Position numbers and translations under genes: made by a program. Below, piece after piece: positions 1 through 12,200 of a DNA stretch of 64,000 nucleotides. The notes beneath the pieces are model-generated. The model was not told the origin of the DNA and ran no database searches. It was given only the letters and a program-made list of their open reading frames with translations. The stretch's first letter is position 1; each line of letters begins with the position of its first letter. This stretch comes from Oikopleura dioica (taxonomy: Eukaryota > Animalia > Chordata). The stretch is taken from NCBI GenBank assembly GCA_907165135.1, contig OU015568.1:10044001-10108000 (forward strand), read 5' to 3'.

Positions 1-295
1 CGAACTTTAAATATTTCTTTTTCTTGCGAAAAAATACATATTGGAAACCAAGACTCAGAGAAAACTCCTTTTTAGGGATTTTGCATCATGTTCAAATTTC
101 TTCGGGAGCCGTAATCGCACAAATTGGAATCAGAGTTTTTTAGGGAATTGGATTAAATCCTGGAGACGTGCGAAATCGAGTTTAGAGAAAAAATTTTTGC
201 GGCTAAAAAGAACCACACGAAAGATTTGGATTCAATTATCAATCACCCAGCTGAGAGTTGATTTATTCTTTGAAGAAGGATAGAAAAATGCTTAC

Positions 296-3200
296 CTCAG
301 ACAATCATCTGCGATTTTTTGATTTGCTTCGTTGAGCAATTTGATTTCGTTGTCCATCCTTTCGCGGCCAAAGTTCTCCACCTAGATGACGATTGTTAAT
401 TCAAAGGTTAATTGTGAAAGTAATTATTACGGACACATCATTCACAAAGTTATATCAGGTGTAATACAATAATTGGAGGTCAACGGGTTGATTGATGATT
501 GCGGGGCTCTAAGAAAAAGTCGAGACGGTAATTTTTCAACAAGGTTACAAGCGATTAGTAAATTGGCGAGTGTTTTTTTGTGGGCGCATCCCCTTATGTG
601 TTCCCGCTTGTGGCTTGTTGCTATTTAGAAACATTTCAGACTTCCTAAGCCGCATCCACGAACGTGTGCTCTGACCAAAGAAAAATCGAGTGGGAGGACA
701 AGTTTGACAACAGGAAGAACCGCGCATTCAAAATATTAAGGGTGTCGCCACCACCTTCTAATAACTTCCTAAGAGGACAAATTGCGGCCACGCGTAAGCT
801 TTTTAGAAGCTGCTGATCGGGATTTCTGGGATTTTTTGTCTGCGAAAAAGTTGAAGAATAACATCATGTCACTGTAGGCTCCCGTTTCTCGAAGTCACAT
901 GATCAACTCATTCCTCTTCGATTTTTATTTTGTGTTGAAACTTTTCAACTTTTCAACTTGAAAGCAACAAGCTGCATGCTGGATACAGCTTTTTTCATGC
1001 TGTTTTTTTGAGTTAGTAAACTTGAAAAACTGTAAAATCGTAAAAAGGGATTATGTTATTTGTGGTAAAATTTTATGTTAACGCGAATTTGAATTTATTT
1101 CGGTTCAGGTGATAATATTCCGATGCAAAATAAACTTGAGGATCATTCACTTATTGGCGCTTACTTTTAATTTACGAGTACACTCAGTGTGAATATGTTT
1201 CAGTAAGTGTTTGCTACATTTGTTGACTTACTTTGTTAGCGAAGGTGGTGTTGAAATGCTGGTAAAGCATCCAATCCGCCTTGTTCCAGTCGATAAGCTT
1301 CTGTTGGTACTCGTCGCTGAGCCAGTCCGCGGTGGATGATTTTGATTTCTCCAGCTTTCGCGAATTCGACTTAATGAATGTAATGTCTTCTGTCGTCCAG
1401 CAGAGCTCCTCCTTGAGCAAAATCATCGATTCATCGAAGAAGTCGGTGATTAGGACTTTTAATTCGTGTTCGACAGAATATTCGCGGTAGCAAATCACCT
1501 ACTATTTACTGGTGAAAAAATAGCTTTCTTTTCTGTATCTTTTTTTTCTAAGATTTCAAGTCTTTGCAAGAAAACTGCTGGACTTACAGTTGAACCAAAT
1601 TCTTATCACAAGTCTCCAGCTCATTTTTATTTACTCAACTTGTGTATCTCCCCTCCAGGTAGCCGAAAAATCTGTAAAATTCACCAATTTTCGAGGAACA
1701 GCTAAGCTTCAGAGCTGCTGTCCGCTCTAAGTGGCGATAACCAGCTGAAGATGAGGGGCTCATTTGAATTTTTTCGACAAATGTAAAAACACCCCAGAGC
1801 TGCTCCTCTTAGGCTTTGCTTTGAGTGGCAAAAATAGGAGCAGCTGATTGCTCTTGGAGAGACTATTTGTCATCTAGTGTTAGGTGATTTTGTTTTCGTG
1901 AGTTAAAACTGAATTTGGCTTGCTATCTTGAACTAACAGTGTCTGCCTGTAACTATCAATTTGAAAACGAATGGATGAATTAGAAGCTACGTGTCCCTCT
2001 ATGGCTGCTTTTGACATTCCAACCCGTCCAATTTCGAGTTCGAATGGAGCACGAGTTCCAAATTTATGCCGTATCCATGCTGCTCTAATAACTGCCCGTT
2101 ATGCATCTGATTAACCTCTGTCATTCGGAACACATTCCTAAGTCAAATATCTGATCCAACCGCTCAATCCACCGCTTGATGGTGCGCTCGTCTGTTTCGT
2201 CGTTGTCTGTTTGTGGATTTCATTGTGAAAAATTTCAAGTTTAGAATAGAAGTCGCTATTGTTGTCAATCTAAATGACAGGTCTCTTGGAAAGAAAGTTT
2301 ATGACAATCTCCAAGTGGGAGGTTGATAAACGCATTCCAAAGCGAAAATTGGAAGTTGTGGTCTTACAATTGATAAGGTTTCTATTCGTTCTAGACATGA
2401 GCAAAAACAGGATGAACCTCAAAAACGGGTAAGTCGGTCAAAAACGTAGAAATTGACTCAATTAGCGATTTTGCCTATGTTTGAGTGACCGCGCGAATTG
2501 ACCTCGAACGATGGGGCTCAGGTTCAAAACGGCATAGCAGCTGCGGCGCGTCACATTCATTTCGAAATCCTTCACGAAGCCAAAGTCCCACATCATAGCA
2601 TTCCGGGCAAAGCGCTCGTAGTGTGCCGCGTCAAAGCCGTAGTACTTACTGATCAAAGAGTTTCAAAAATGATTTGCATCGAGCAAAATGTTAATTATGA
2701 AAATTTCGAAGATTTAAATTTCTCGTTCAAAAGCGAGAACGTGAATTCACTTTCAGAGCTATTTTTGTTAAATACTTTGAGTTAAATATTTTACTAGAAA
2801 ATGTTATGCAAGAAATTTTTACTGCTTGGCGCCAGAATCGCTCAAAATCTGTTTTGGAAACATTTTTTCACGAACTCGTGTTATCCTTTTGCTGAAGAAA
2901 GATATTCAAATGCAAATTTAGTGGAAATTTAGATATCAAATTTAAATGAGATTGAAACTCTAGCTTGGCTCATCGAGGAAATTCTTCATCCTACTCTGAA
3001 TATCCCTCCCCGGAACCCTCTGAAAAGCTCTTACCTCTTCGGTGTAGTAACTCATTATCGATTCAAACAGATCGAGAGGATTTCGCACGATCGCAATATA
3101 TTTTGTATCTTTCGTTGGGGCCATCAATTTGTTGAACAGGCATAATTCTAGTTCTTTATTTTCAAATTATTCGATAAACACAAGTCTAAATAACTAACTG

Positions 3201-6200
3201 AAAAAAGGGAAAAAATGCAAAACTTTTTGTTAAACATAATTCCTCTTAGTAGCATTTATGTTAACTTTTCAAAAGTTTCACTTTCAAAAAAATGTGAACT
3301 CTTCCAGGAGGTACTGTCAAGTAACCTTTTTGCTCAAACGATCTCATCAAGTTTGATCTTTATATCCTTTGCCACCCGTACAGATCCCTTTAGTTTCCGT
3401 TAATTATTTCTTTTATGGGGTCATCTAAGGCTAGATTTGTTCAATGCATTGATAGTCCGTTCCTTTGGGCATCGTCTCTTTGACACCTTTTTCGTCGAAG
3501 TGAAGGTGATTGCAGAGAATGTTGTATGAACCTGATGGACTTGGCCGGACGAGATCGGAGTTGAACTTCAAGTTGTAGTTGAATACATGAGCTCCCGGCT
3601 GTTTCGGAAGCGCGAATGTCAACGAATTCGCTTCTCCGTACCTAAAGAACAATTACGAACGCGTTATGATTCTGGCAAAGTTCAATTTCGTTTCTAACAG
3701 AAAACGAAAACTGTTGTTTATGATCGCCGATTATAAAATTAATTAGAGCCGGGTTGTAATCACAAACAGTAATGACGAGTTCCATTCCGTATTGTTTTTC
3801 CGTACTCGGATATATTTGGGACACGCGGAAGTCTGCTCGCGCAGCAGATAGTTGCTCCCGGATCGGGGTATTGAGCAAGCTGGCTTGATCTTGTCTACGG
3901 GGGCATTGAATCAGGAAACACGGTGGTTGCGATTCCTTGTTTAAAAACATTGTTGATGACGAGAATGATTGTTAGAGGCTTTCTAGCGGATATTCTTATG
4001 ACATGTTGAAATTTCATGGTCAACCAAAAAATGCTCAATTTCTAAATTTTAAAATACGCGTTAAATCTACGAGGTCAAAAAGCGGCCCTCTCCGGCCCTC
4101 TGAAAAGTCCATCTTAGCTCAAATCAAAATGCGACTCAAAATTGGGAACGCAGTATAGTTTGGATACTATTTGCTTTAACAAAAGCCGACTTTGAAGGGA
4201 GACACGCGTAAGGCTCGAACGTGCTTTTCGGGGAATATTTTCTTTACACTGGAAATGGCAATATTGTTGCGCGGAGCATTTGATCCAGGAACTGCTTCTA
4301 CAGTAGTTTTTGGCTGGTTATGAAACTGCTGCCCAGGTGCTAATATAATACAGTAATCAAAAGGGCGAAAGAGGTTGGTATTGCTTGAGGAAGCAAAATC
4401 TCGGAAGCGCACAGACAAAAGCTGACCCTAAGCCGGCGTTAAAAACGACCTCAAGATGTTTAGAAAACAAGCGGAAAATGAACGTGGAAGCTGAGCCAGC
4501 TCTCGGAAGCGTTTCTAATTGTGAGAAACCGATTTTGAGAGAGAACGGCGTGATTAACTGCCTCGCGACGCTCGCTTCATAAATCTAAATCGGCGAAATC
4601 TAATGAAAATCGAGGCCACGTGAAATGAGCATCTCGAAGGAAAGAACTCGATTTAGCGCGGAAGAGCGAATTGACGAGAGATTAAAGTATGTGTTGGCGG
4701 AACACGTTCCGAGCCAGACTTAATCGTCCCATTTTCACGAAGTTTTTGTTTTTGACGCACGAAATTTCCGCTGCTTCAGCGCTTAATTTGGAACCAGTGC
4801 TGCATATACGATGATGAACATCAACTTTAACCCTCCAAAAGGGTCTCCCAAGCACTCACAGCCGGTTAAATAACGTTACTAAGTGATAACTCTTGTAATT
4901 TCCCTCTTACGCGAAAAGTATCACGCACTCTTTGTATATCTCTCCCCTTTTAGGATGCAGCTGCCGTATCAAATGCTTATCCCGCAATTTGTGAGTGGCT
5001 TCAATTTTCACGAAACCGAGAAAAATTGTGAAGCGAACACCGCAATAGTTTTATAACTAGCTCTGCGGCTTCAAAAACAATTACAGAGCTCTCGAAATTT
5101 CCCCCCTTCTTTTGACAAAAAGCGGCGTGTCATGTTAGGGAGAAATTAGCTATTTTGAAAGCCAGCTCATCTTCTAAAAATTGGCTTGTTGCGAAAACAG
5201 AAGATGGTACTGATCAACACATTGTGATCTTCAATTTGATCCATTCGGGGTCGTTTGATGTAATTATCTTTTCATGTTCCTCCACAAGGAAAAAGACAAT
5301 GAGATTTCTGTCTAAGCAATTTACGACCATATGGAATCAACTCTTTGTACTCTAAAATTGATAATTTATGGAAAAAAGTGTCTAATGCACAATTTAGGCT
5401 TTGAGGCTGTAGCAGGTTAAATCATGACTAGCCATGGAATATGTTTAATTGTGCATAATCGTATTTCGATAACTAAAGCTAGAATGCTACGCTGATAACA
5501 ATAACAATGATCTAATAGCTTTCGAGCTCTCTTTCTCCCTCTCTTATCAATTTGAAATTTATCTGGAAGGAATGATTCGACTATGTTAACACGTTGTTTA
5601 GCAGTGCCCCGACTTCGAAGGGTTTATTCGAGGAAGTAGTATAAAGCTTATCTGATCGAGTAATTTTTCTTGAGCTCCTTTGTCCCCCGCCGAGCGTCGC
5701 TCAGCGGGAGCTCCTTATCGCATACATGGACATTTTCGAACGTGTTTTGTAGTATTATCGCATGTCGTCAAAAGAATATTCACAAGGTTCAATCACGTTT
5801 ATTTTCGCGGGTAAGGCAGGGTGATAAACGTAAGGTAGGTTTTTCGAACAAGCTGCTTGTTACAGAACAAGTTTTATTTCTATCTAAAATTCGGCGATGA
5901 TTTATTTTAGGCAAGAAATAGCGACATCGAGTGAAATTATTTTTTTTTTCAATAAAGCTATTATTTTTTTTGAAGATTTACAAAACTCAAAAAAATTAAA
6001 TGAACTAAGTTCCCCTTGACCAAAATGGAACAAGAGTAAATGAAATTTGAGATGTCTTGGAGGAGCTGAATGCATTTTGAATATCCGCTGGAAAATCTTT
6101 GAGGATGATTCTCCACGTGCGCTCCCGTTTTTTGCGGTTTCCTTTCTTTCCTTCTGCTTCTCGGCGAGAAAGGCGGGACCAAAAAAAGTAAACTCGTTTG

Positions 6201-6377
6201 AAAAAATCTTTCTCTAATTCTTTATTTCTGTTACTCTTTCTTTGTTTTATGCATTGGGCAACTTGGACTTACCGTAAAAGGACATTTTGAAGAGTTGTGC
6301 TGCCGGCTTTGTGCGTCTTCAAGAAGAAAATATTCTTGTGGGCGTTGCATTGCTTTCCACTTATTTTACTTCCAATA
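296..6377 (-). CDS. GAL3ST: Galactose-3-O-sulfotransferase (GAL3ST family); N-terminal TM exon unresolved, 3' end runs off the window
   Basis: Hand-spliced exons: 6273-6377 (CNAHKNIFFLKTHKAGSTTLQNVLLR, 5'-PSB motif); 3463-3641 (YGEANSLTFALP...NILCNHLHF); 2964-3108 (DTKYIAIVRNPLDLFES, 3'-PB motif); ~2500/2580-2648 (KYYGF...RNAMMWDFG, donor ambiguous); 2138-2206 (TIKRWIERLDQIFDL); 1232-1455 (VLITDFFDESMILLKEELCW...WNKADWMLYQHFN); 296-381 (VENFGRERMDNEIKLL). Exon phases are compatible. Two introns are GA-AG and one has an apparent CT donor. Confidence 0.93.
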
Positions 6378-7577
6378 CTGAAAAAGTTTATGTTAACAAA
6401 TTTTAACTTTTGAATCTATTGCAATCAAGAATTATTTTAATCACGCCGCCGTGAATTCCAGAGAAGATGTTGGTCCCGTTTTTTCTCACGAGAAAATACC
6501 ATGATTTACTTTTCATTTTCTCCGACATTTTCTTCTTTTGCAAATTTTTTTCTTTCTCTCAAAGCAAATTCAACTTTGAAAATATAATTTTCTCCGTACC
6601 AAAGCGCGATAAAAGCCAAAATAGTTATATAAGGTAATTGTCCGCATTTTCTCATTTCCCCTCAAAATGCCGATCCGAAAAGTCTTCACATAAAAAATGG
6701 GGGTAATAAGATTTTAATGACGCTGCTCAAACTCATTTTCTTTCGGGAGAGTGATGATTAATCATTACTGACAATAAAACCTTCGTATTTATCAAAATAA
6801 TCGTTAATTTTTGTTCCGAGCATTTTCGGTACCAGAATCAGGTCAGATTTCTACAGAGAGTCTTTTACTCAAATCGACGAATTTTCGGTAACTTTTGCCG
6901 ATCACCCGCTCATCCTTCTTAACTTTCAGCAGCATGTCTAAGCGTGTGAGTCTATTAGAAATGCTGAAAATACCACCAGCCGGTAATACCTCCGTTTGTC
7001 AAAATTTCATCCCGCTGGCGCGCTCGGGCTCGAGTGGAAATCGAATTTCTTAAACAAATAAGATGATAACGCCATGGTCAATTTCCCGATTTCTGCCCGC
7101 GCTTTCTCATAATTTAAAGAGGTTACAATGTTACGTAATTATCGCTTGCTGATAAGCCCCCGCTGTGATGACATTTTGCATGGATCGCGATTCAAAATGT
7201 GAGAAAGAAGAACAATCAAATCAATTTAAACAGAGTCAAATCTAGTGAAACTAAGTTGGCTTGAAAGATTTGCCAAGTTTGTGGAAATTATTTAAACTTT
7301 GGCTGCAAGAAAAGTGTCTCATCGAACGAACAAACTTCTTAGATACTTAGAATGCGTCGTACAAGACAATTTACTGGTACGTCATATCACTCAAACACTT
7401 CAAATTCATCATTCCATTTATTAAAACCTGGCTGCTGCGCGAGACATTATGGCGGTGAAAGGCACCGTTCTCGTGAATTTCGAACACAGGGGGCTCGATG
7501 ATATACCTCTTGTAAACAGGCTCTATCCAACTCAAGAAAACGAATAAAGCAAAGTTGTCCTTTTCGAGGAGACCCAT

Positions 7578-8849
7578 GACTAGGTTCGTGAGGACTAGGT
7601 TCGTGTGACTAGGTTCGTGGGTGCCATGTTGGAAAAATTGGTTCGTGTGACTAGGTTCGTGAAATTTGGATTTTCATTTGTATTTTTTGTATCTCACCAT
7701 TTTGGGGCAGTAAGGGAAATGGGTTGATGACTAGGTTCGTGTGACTAGGTTCGTGAAATTTGGATTTTCATTTGTATGTTTTTGTATCTCACCATTTTGG
7801 GGCAGTAAGGGAAATGGGTTGATGACTAGGTTCGTGTGACTAGGTTCGTGAAATTTTAAAATGAAAAATTTTGGGGCAGTAAGGGAAATGGGTTGATGAC
7901 TAGGTTCGTGTGACTAGGTTCGTGAAGACTAAGTTCGTGAAGACTAGGTTCGTGTGACTAGGTTCGTGAAGACTAGGTTCGTTAAGACTAGGTTCGTGTG
8001 ACTAGGTTCGTGAAATTTGGATTTTTATATGTATTTTTGTATCTTCACCATTTTGGGGCAGTAAGGAAATGGCTTGATGACAAGGTTCGTGTGACTAGGT
8101 TCGTGAAATTTTAAATAGGAAAATTTTGGGGCAGTAAGGGGAATGGGTTGATGACTAGGTTCGCGTGACTAGGTTCGTGAAGACTAAGTTCGTGAAGACT
8201 AGGTTCGTGTGACTAGGTTCGTGTGACTAGGTTCGTGAGGACAAGGTTCGTGAAGACTAGGTTCGTGGAATTTGGATTTTTATATGTTTATTTTTTGTTT
8301 GTTAGGGTTATGCTTTAAAATTAAAAATTTTAATAAAACATTGTGAGAGCCTAGCGGCTTATACGGGGGTGGGGGATACTTATTTGGCAAATATAGTCCC
8401 ACATTTTTTCATTTTTTAAATTTCACGAATCTAGTCACACGAACCTAGTCATCAACCCGTTTCCTTTACTGCCCCAAAATTTTTCTATTTAAAATTTCAC
8501 GAACCTAGTCACACGAACCTAGTCATCAAGCCATTTCCTTACTGCCGAAAATTTTTCTATTTAAAATTTCACGAACCTAGTCACACGAACCTAGTCATCA
8601 ACCCATTTCCTTACTGCCCCAAAATTTTTCCTATTTAAAATTTCAAGAACCTAGTCACACGAGCCTAGTCATCAACCCATTTCCCTTACTGCCCCAAAAT
8701 TTTTCTATTTAAAATTTCACGAACCTAGTCACACGAACCTAGTCATCAACCCATTTCCCTTACTGCCCCAAAATATAGGCCGATTTCAATACTCTGGCAG
8801 AACCCACCACGAACCAAGTCACACGAACCTAGTCCTCACGAACCTAGTC
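7578..8849. mobile_element. Foldback-type non-autonomous element with modular long inverted arms
   Basis: Left arm 7578-~8280 is tandem GACTAGGTTCGTG(T/A) units plus longer TTTTGGGGCAGTAAGGGAAATGGGTTGAT modules. Right arm ~8418-8849 is the reverse complement (CACGAACCTAGTC), with ~73-bp higher-order units. Short AT-rich spacer, no ORF, TSD not resolved. Confidence 0.85.
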
Positions 8850-8854
8850 GTCAT

Positions 8855-9227
8855 CTAGGTCTAGGATTGGGGGTGACCGATGGTGATCCAAAAAAGTTGC
8901 TCGGGATGAATCACCAAAAGGTGGTGATCGGGTTTCTCGGATCACCAGAGCTTGGTGATCGAGACTCGATCCTGGTGATCCGCTGGTGATTGTTAGCAGA
9001 AAATTATTGCAGATTTGCTAGTTTTAACGCAAAAGGTCTTATTATTATATATTGGGCAAAATAAGCCTATCAATTAAGCTGATCGAAGAAATAACAGGCA
9101 CTGATTTTCACATCTGGCCTCGATCACCAACCTCTGGTGATCGGAGAACCCGATCACCATTTTTTGGTGATCCATCCTGAGCAAATTATTTTGGATCACC
9201 AACGGTCACCCCTAATCCTAGACCTAG
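8855..9227. mobile_element. hAT-type MITE (~110-bp TIRs, 8-bp TSD)
   Basis: TIRs CTAGGTCTAGGATT(G/A)GGGGTGACCG...GGTGATCGAG at both ends. Perfect direct repeat GTCGTCAT at 8847-8854 and 9228-9235. An 8-bp TSD is the hAT hallmark. Confidence 0.88.
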
Positions 9228-12200
9228 GTCGTCATTCCCTTTTCGAGCCCTAGAAAAGTCAATCAAAAAATTAATGGCTTTTCAAAATGCTTCCATTTCA
9301 ATATTTAGATAGCCAGCGGTTCTGATAGGCTGGAGGCAGTTTTTGAGTATTTTGATTGGCCCAGGAGATTTACAAAAATGTTGTGAAGACAACGAATTTA
9401 TCCATAAATTATAGATCTTAATCAAAATCTTTCTGATTAATTTTGGACTTGGAGTTGTAAATCTACAAATGCGAACCTAGAAAGCTAGTTCAACAATATT
9501 GTGCTTGTTAATATTATGGAAGGTGTCCGATTATTGAGAGTAAAAATGTTTTAACTTCTTCTGAAATCTACCGCCACGTACGTCCGCCGAGTGTGTTTTA
9601 GCACCTTTCCTCTTTTGGGAGGAAATGTTTGATTTCAGGGCTCTCTAAGAGTTTATTAGGCAGCACGAGGGCGAGGCGCGGATTAGCCGCACCAAATCCA
9701 ACTCGTGGGCTTCATAATCGCAACACCTAAATGATGCTTTACTGGGAAGAGAAGGAACTTAAGGGAACACACCCCAGAATACCCTTGATCATTTTTAGTT
9801 ATCAACAGTTGCTGTTTTTTCTGAATTTCTAGTTACTTTTCGACCTAGCAATGGTGGCATCATCATCATGCTCGATGCAAATACTCAATTTATCAGTAAA
9901 GTGAGTTTAATGCTGATTATATATTGAATTAATACTTAAGAGATAGAATTATCTAAAGATAGAGCCTCCATAAAAGAGGCATTTATCTGAGTTGATAAAG
10001 TTCTTTATCAAAATTTACGGTTTCGCGAAAGTTCATTGAATAAACTCTTCTAAGCGAAATTTTATATATGTTTGCGAAAAATTGTCACAGAATGTATTTG
10101 GTAGTTCATTCAGTGAACGCAGTACTTTGTTGATGATTCCCTCAAATTTTTTAACCTTAATTTTGTCAATAAAAAGACGCTTTATTCTTCCGCCAGACGA
10201 CAAACACTCGAGGATGAACCTCTTTCTAATATGAAATCGAAGACTGTGTTGAATTAAGGGCGTATCCGACAATCTCGTGTAAAGTATATTTTCGCAGCGC
10301 ATGTTCTCTCAAAATGGTTCAACGAAGATTTTCGTTGTCGCAAATAATCACGTGATAACTCCACGTGGAAGAAGCCTATCTTCCCTCATTCCCATGTCTT
10401 TCCTCGAGTTTCTCTCCCTCTCTCTCGCTCCAGCTGTCGTGGCTTTTGTGTCCAGAGCCGATAAGAAAACTCAGTTATAGCGACTTATGCAGAAGCTGCT
10501 TCATAAAAGGCTTTTCTCCGGGATCCCCTTTGAAGATTGCGCCAGAGGAACAAAAAGCGCCGTTTCCGGTACTTCCTGTTTCGAAACATGTTCCAGCCGC
10601 TCAACTCTCTCAAGAATCCTCTTGCTGAATCTCAAGCAGACAAAGAGTTTCTAAAACGGTTCATTGCACAAATCATTGAGACAAAACCAGAGAAAGCGAA
10701 AGGGGAGAAGCAGAATTTTAAGTGGCATTTTCACCAGATCAACTTTATAGTCAATAAGAGGATGAGTTGAACAACTCTTATAGAGGTTATAAGACAGATA
10801 TAATATATATTATAAGACAGACGATAGAGATTATAAGACAACCGAAAAGCCGCTTGTGGCTTTGATAAAAATATAGATAAGCCGCGCGGCTTCTCCTCCT
10901 TTTGATCGGTCTTTTTGCTGTTGATAAAAATTAATGGTCAATTTTTCGGACGAAATAGAAAGATGCAAAAAGGTTTAATCATCTTCTAGCAATTCGATTT
11001 TTACAACAACGAAGCATTTTAAAAATTTTAATGAGAGTGTGAATACCGCAAACTAACGTTCTCAACGTGGAGATAATTCTTAGCTAAGTGACGAGCTAAC
11101 GGTATAATTTATCATAGTAAATAGAACCCCTCTTTCTCAATCAGAATCAATGTCATTTTCTCGGGCAAGTTTCGACAATCAATCGATCGCAGAATTGCGC
11201 ATTTATCTGTTGGCGCTCTCAATATGCGCCGGATAAAAACAGAAAATATGCAAGTACATCTCCTGGAGGAATTCACGTTGCCGGTCACATGACAACTTGG
11301 TCGTTCGTTATCACATAAGAGTATTAAATACTCTGTTGATAAACTTTACTTACACTTGACTTGAGGACAGCAGCAGCCATGAGGTCCACCACATTCTGAA
11401 AATAAGCATTAATTAAGTTCATCTTTTCCGATCTGATTAAGGACCCCCAATCCAGTCGCTAATTCAAGGACTATAGACAAAATATGCTACATAAGCTTAC
11501 CAATTATTTAATTATATATTATCGTTAATTTTAAATTGTCGATTTTCTTTGAAACATTTTTTTCATCGAAGTAGTTTATTTAAAAATCAAGCGTAGCTGT
11601 CAAAGTCCTGAATTGAATAGTCCTTTATGTTTTCAAAATTTTCACAAGATCAGTATCAATTTCCCCTAGCGAGATTAAAAAAATCAAGTTTCCGTATCCT
11701 AAATGATCCGAAGAACCTTCTAACCACCCTCGTCATGTCTCGGATATTTTCAATCCGGAGCAGGATGGGAAAATAATCAACGAACATCCCCGCCGCGAAT
11801 CAAGGTTTAATTAAGAGTTTATTTTCTCTCTTTTATGCAACAGAAATTTTTATCCCTAGTATCAGAAAATTACTTTTCGATAGGGAGCTATAATGGAACA
11901 AGTTAATGGTGACTCCGATAAGACAAAAAACTGTTGTTAAACATGTTAATTAAATCTTCTGCGATACGATCAAAACTCGATAAAAACAATGCAGTGCCAT
12001 CGTAATTATCGTCCGCTGCATTCTGTTATTATGATTTGATACGGGAATAATAGGGATTGATTAATTTAATAATGAAAAAGGACAAGCACTAGCACGAGTT
12101 GAAACGAATGAAGATTTGTTAGCAAGCCCAACAGCAATATATAATATTAACCCGAAGGCAATAATTATTGCGTTGACGCTATTGCAAATAACAAGTGGTT

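Noticed and set aside
6780-7010. Candidate first or stem exon of GAL3ST
   Set aside because: The ATG is followed by a stop at codon 4, there is no convincing TM helix, and no phase-2 donor fits the next exon.
7578-8849. CRISPR-like repeat array
   Set aside because: Units are tandem without unique spacers, are arranged as inverted arms, and lie in eukaryotic context.
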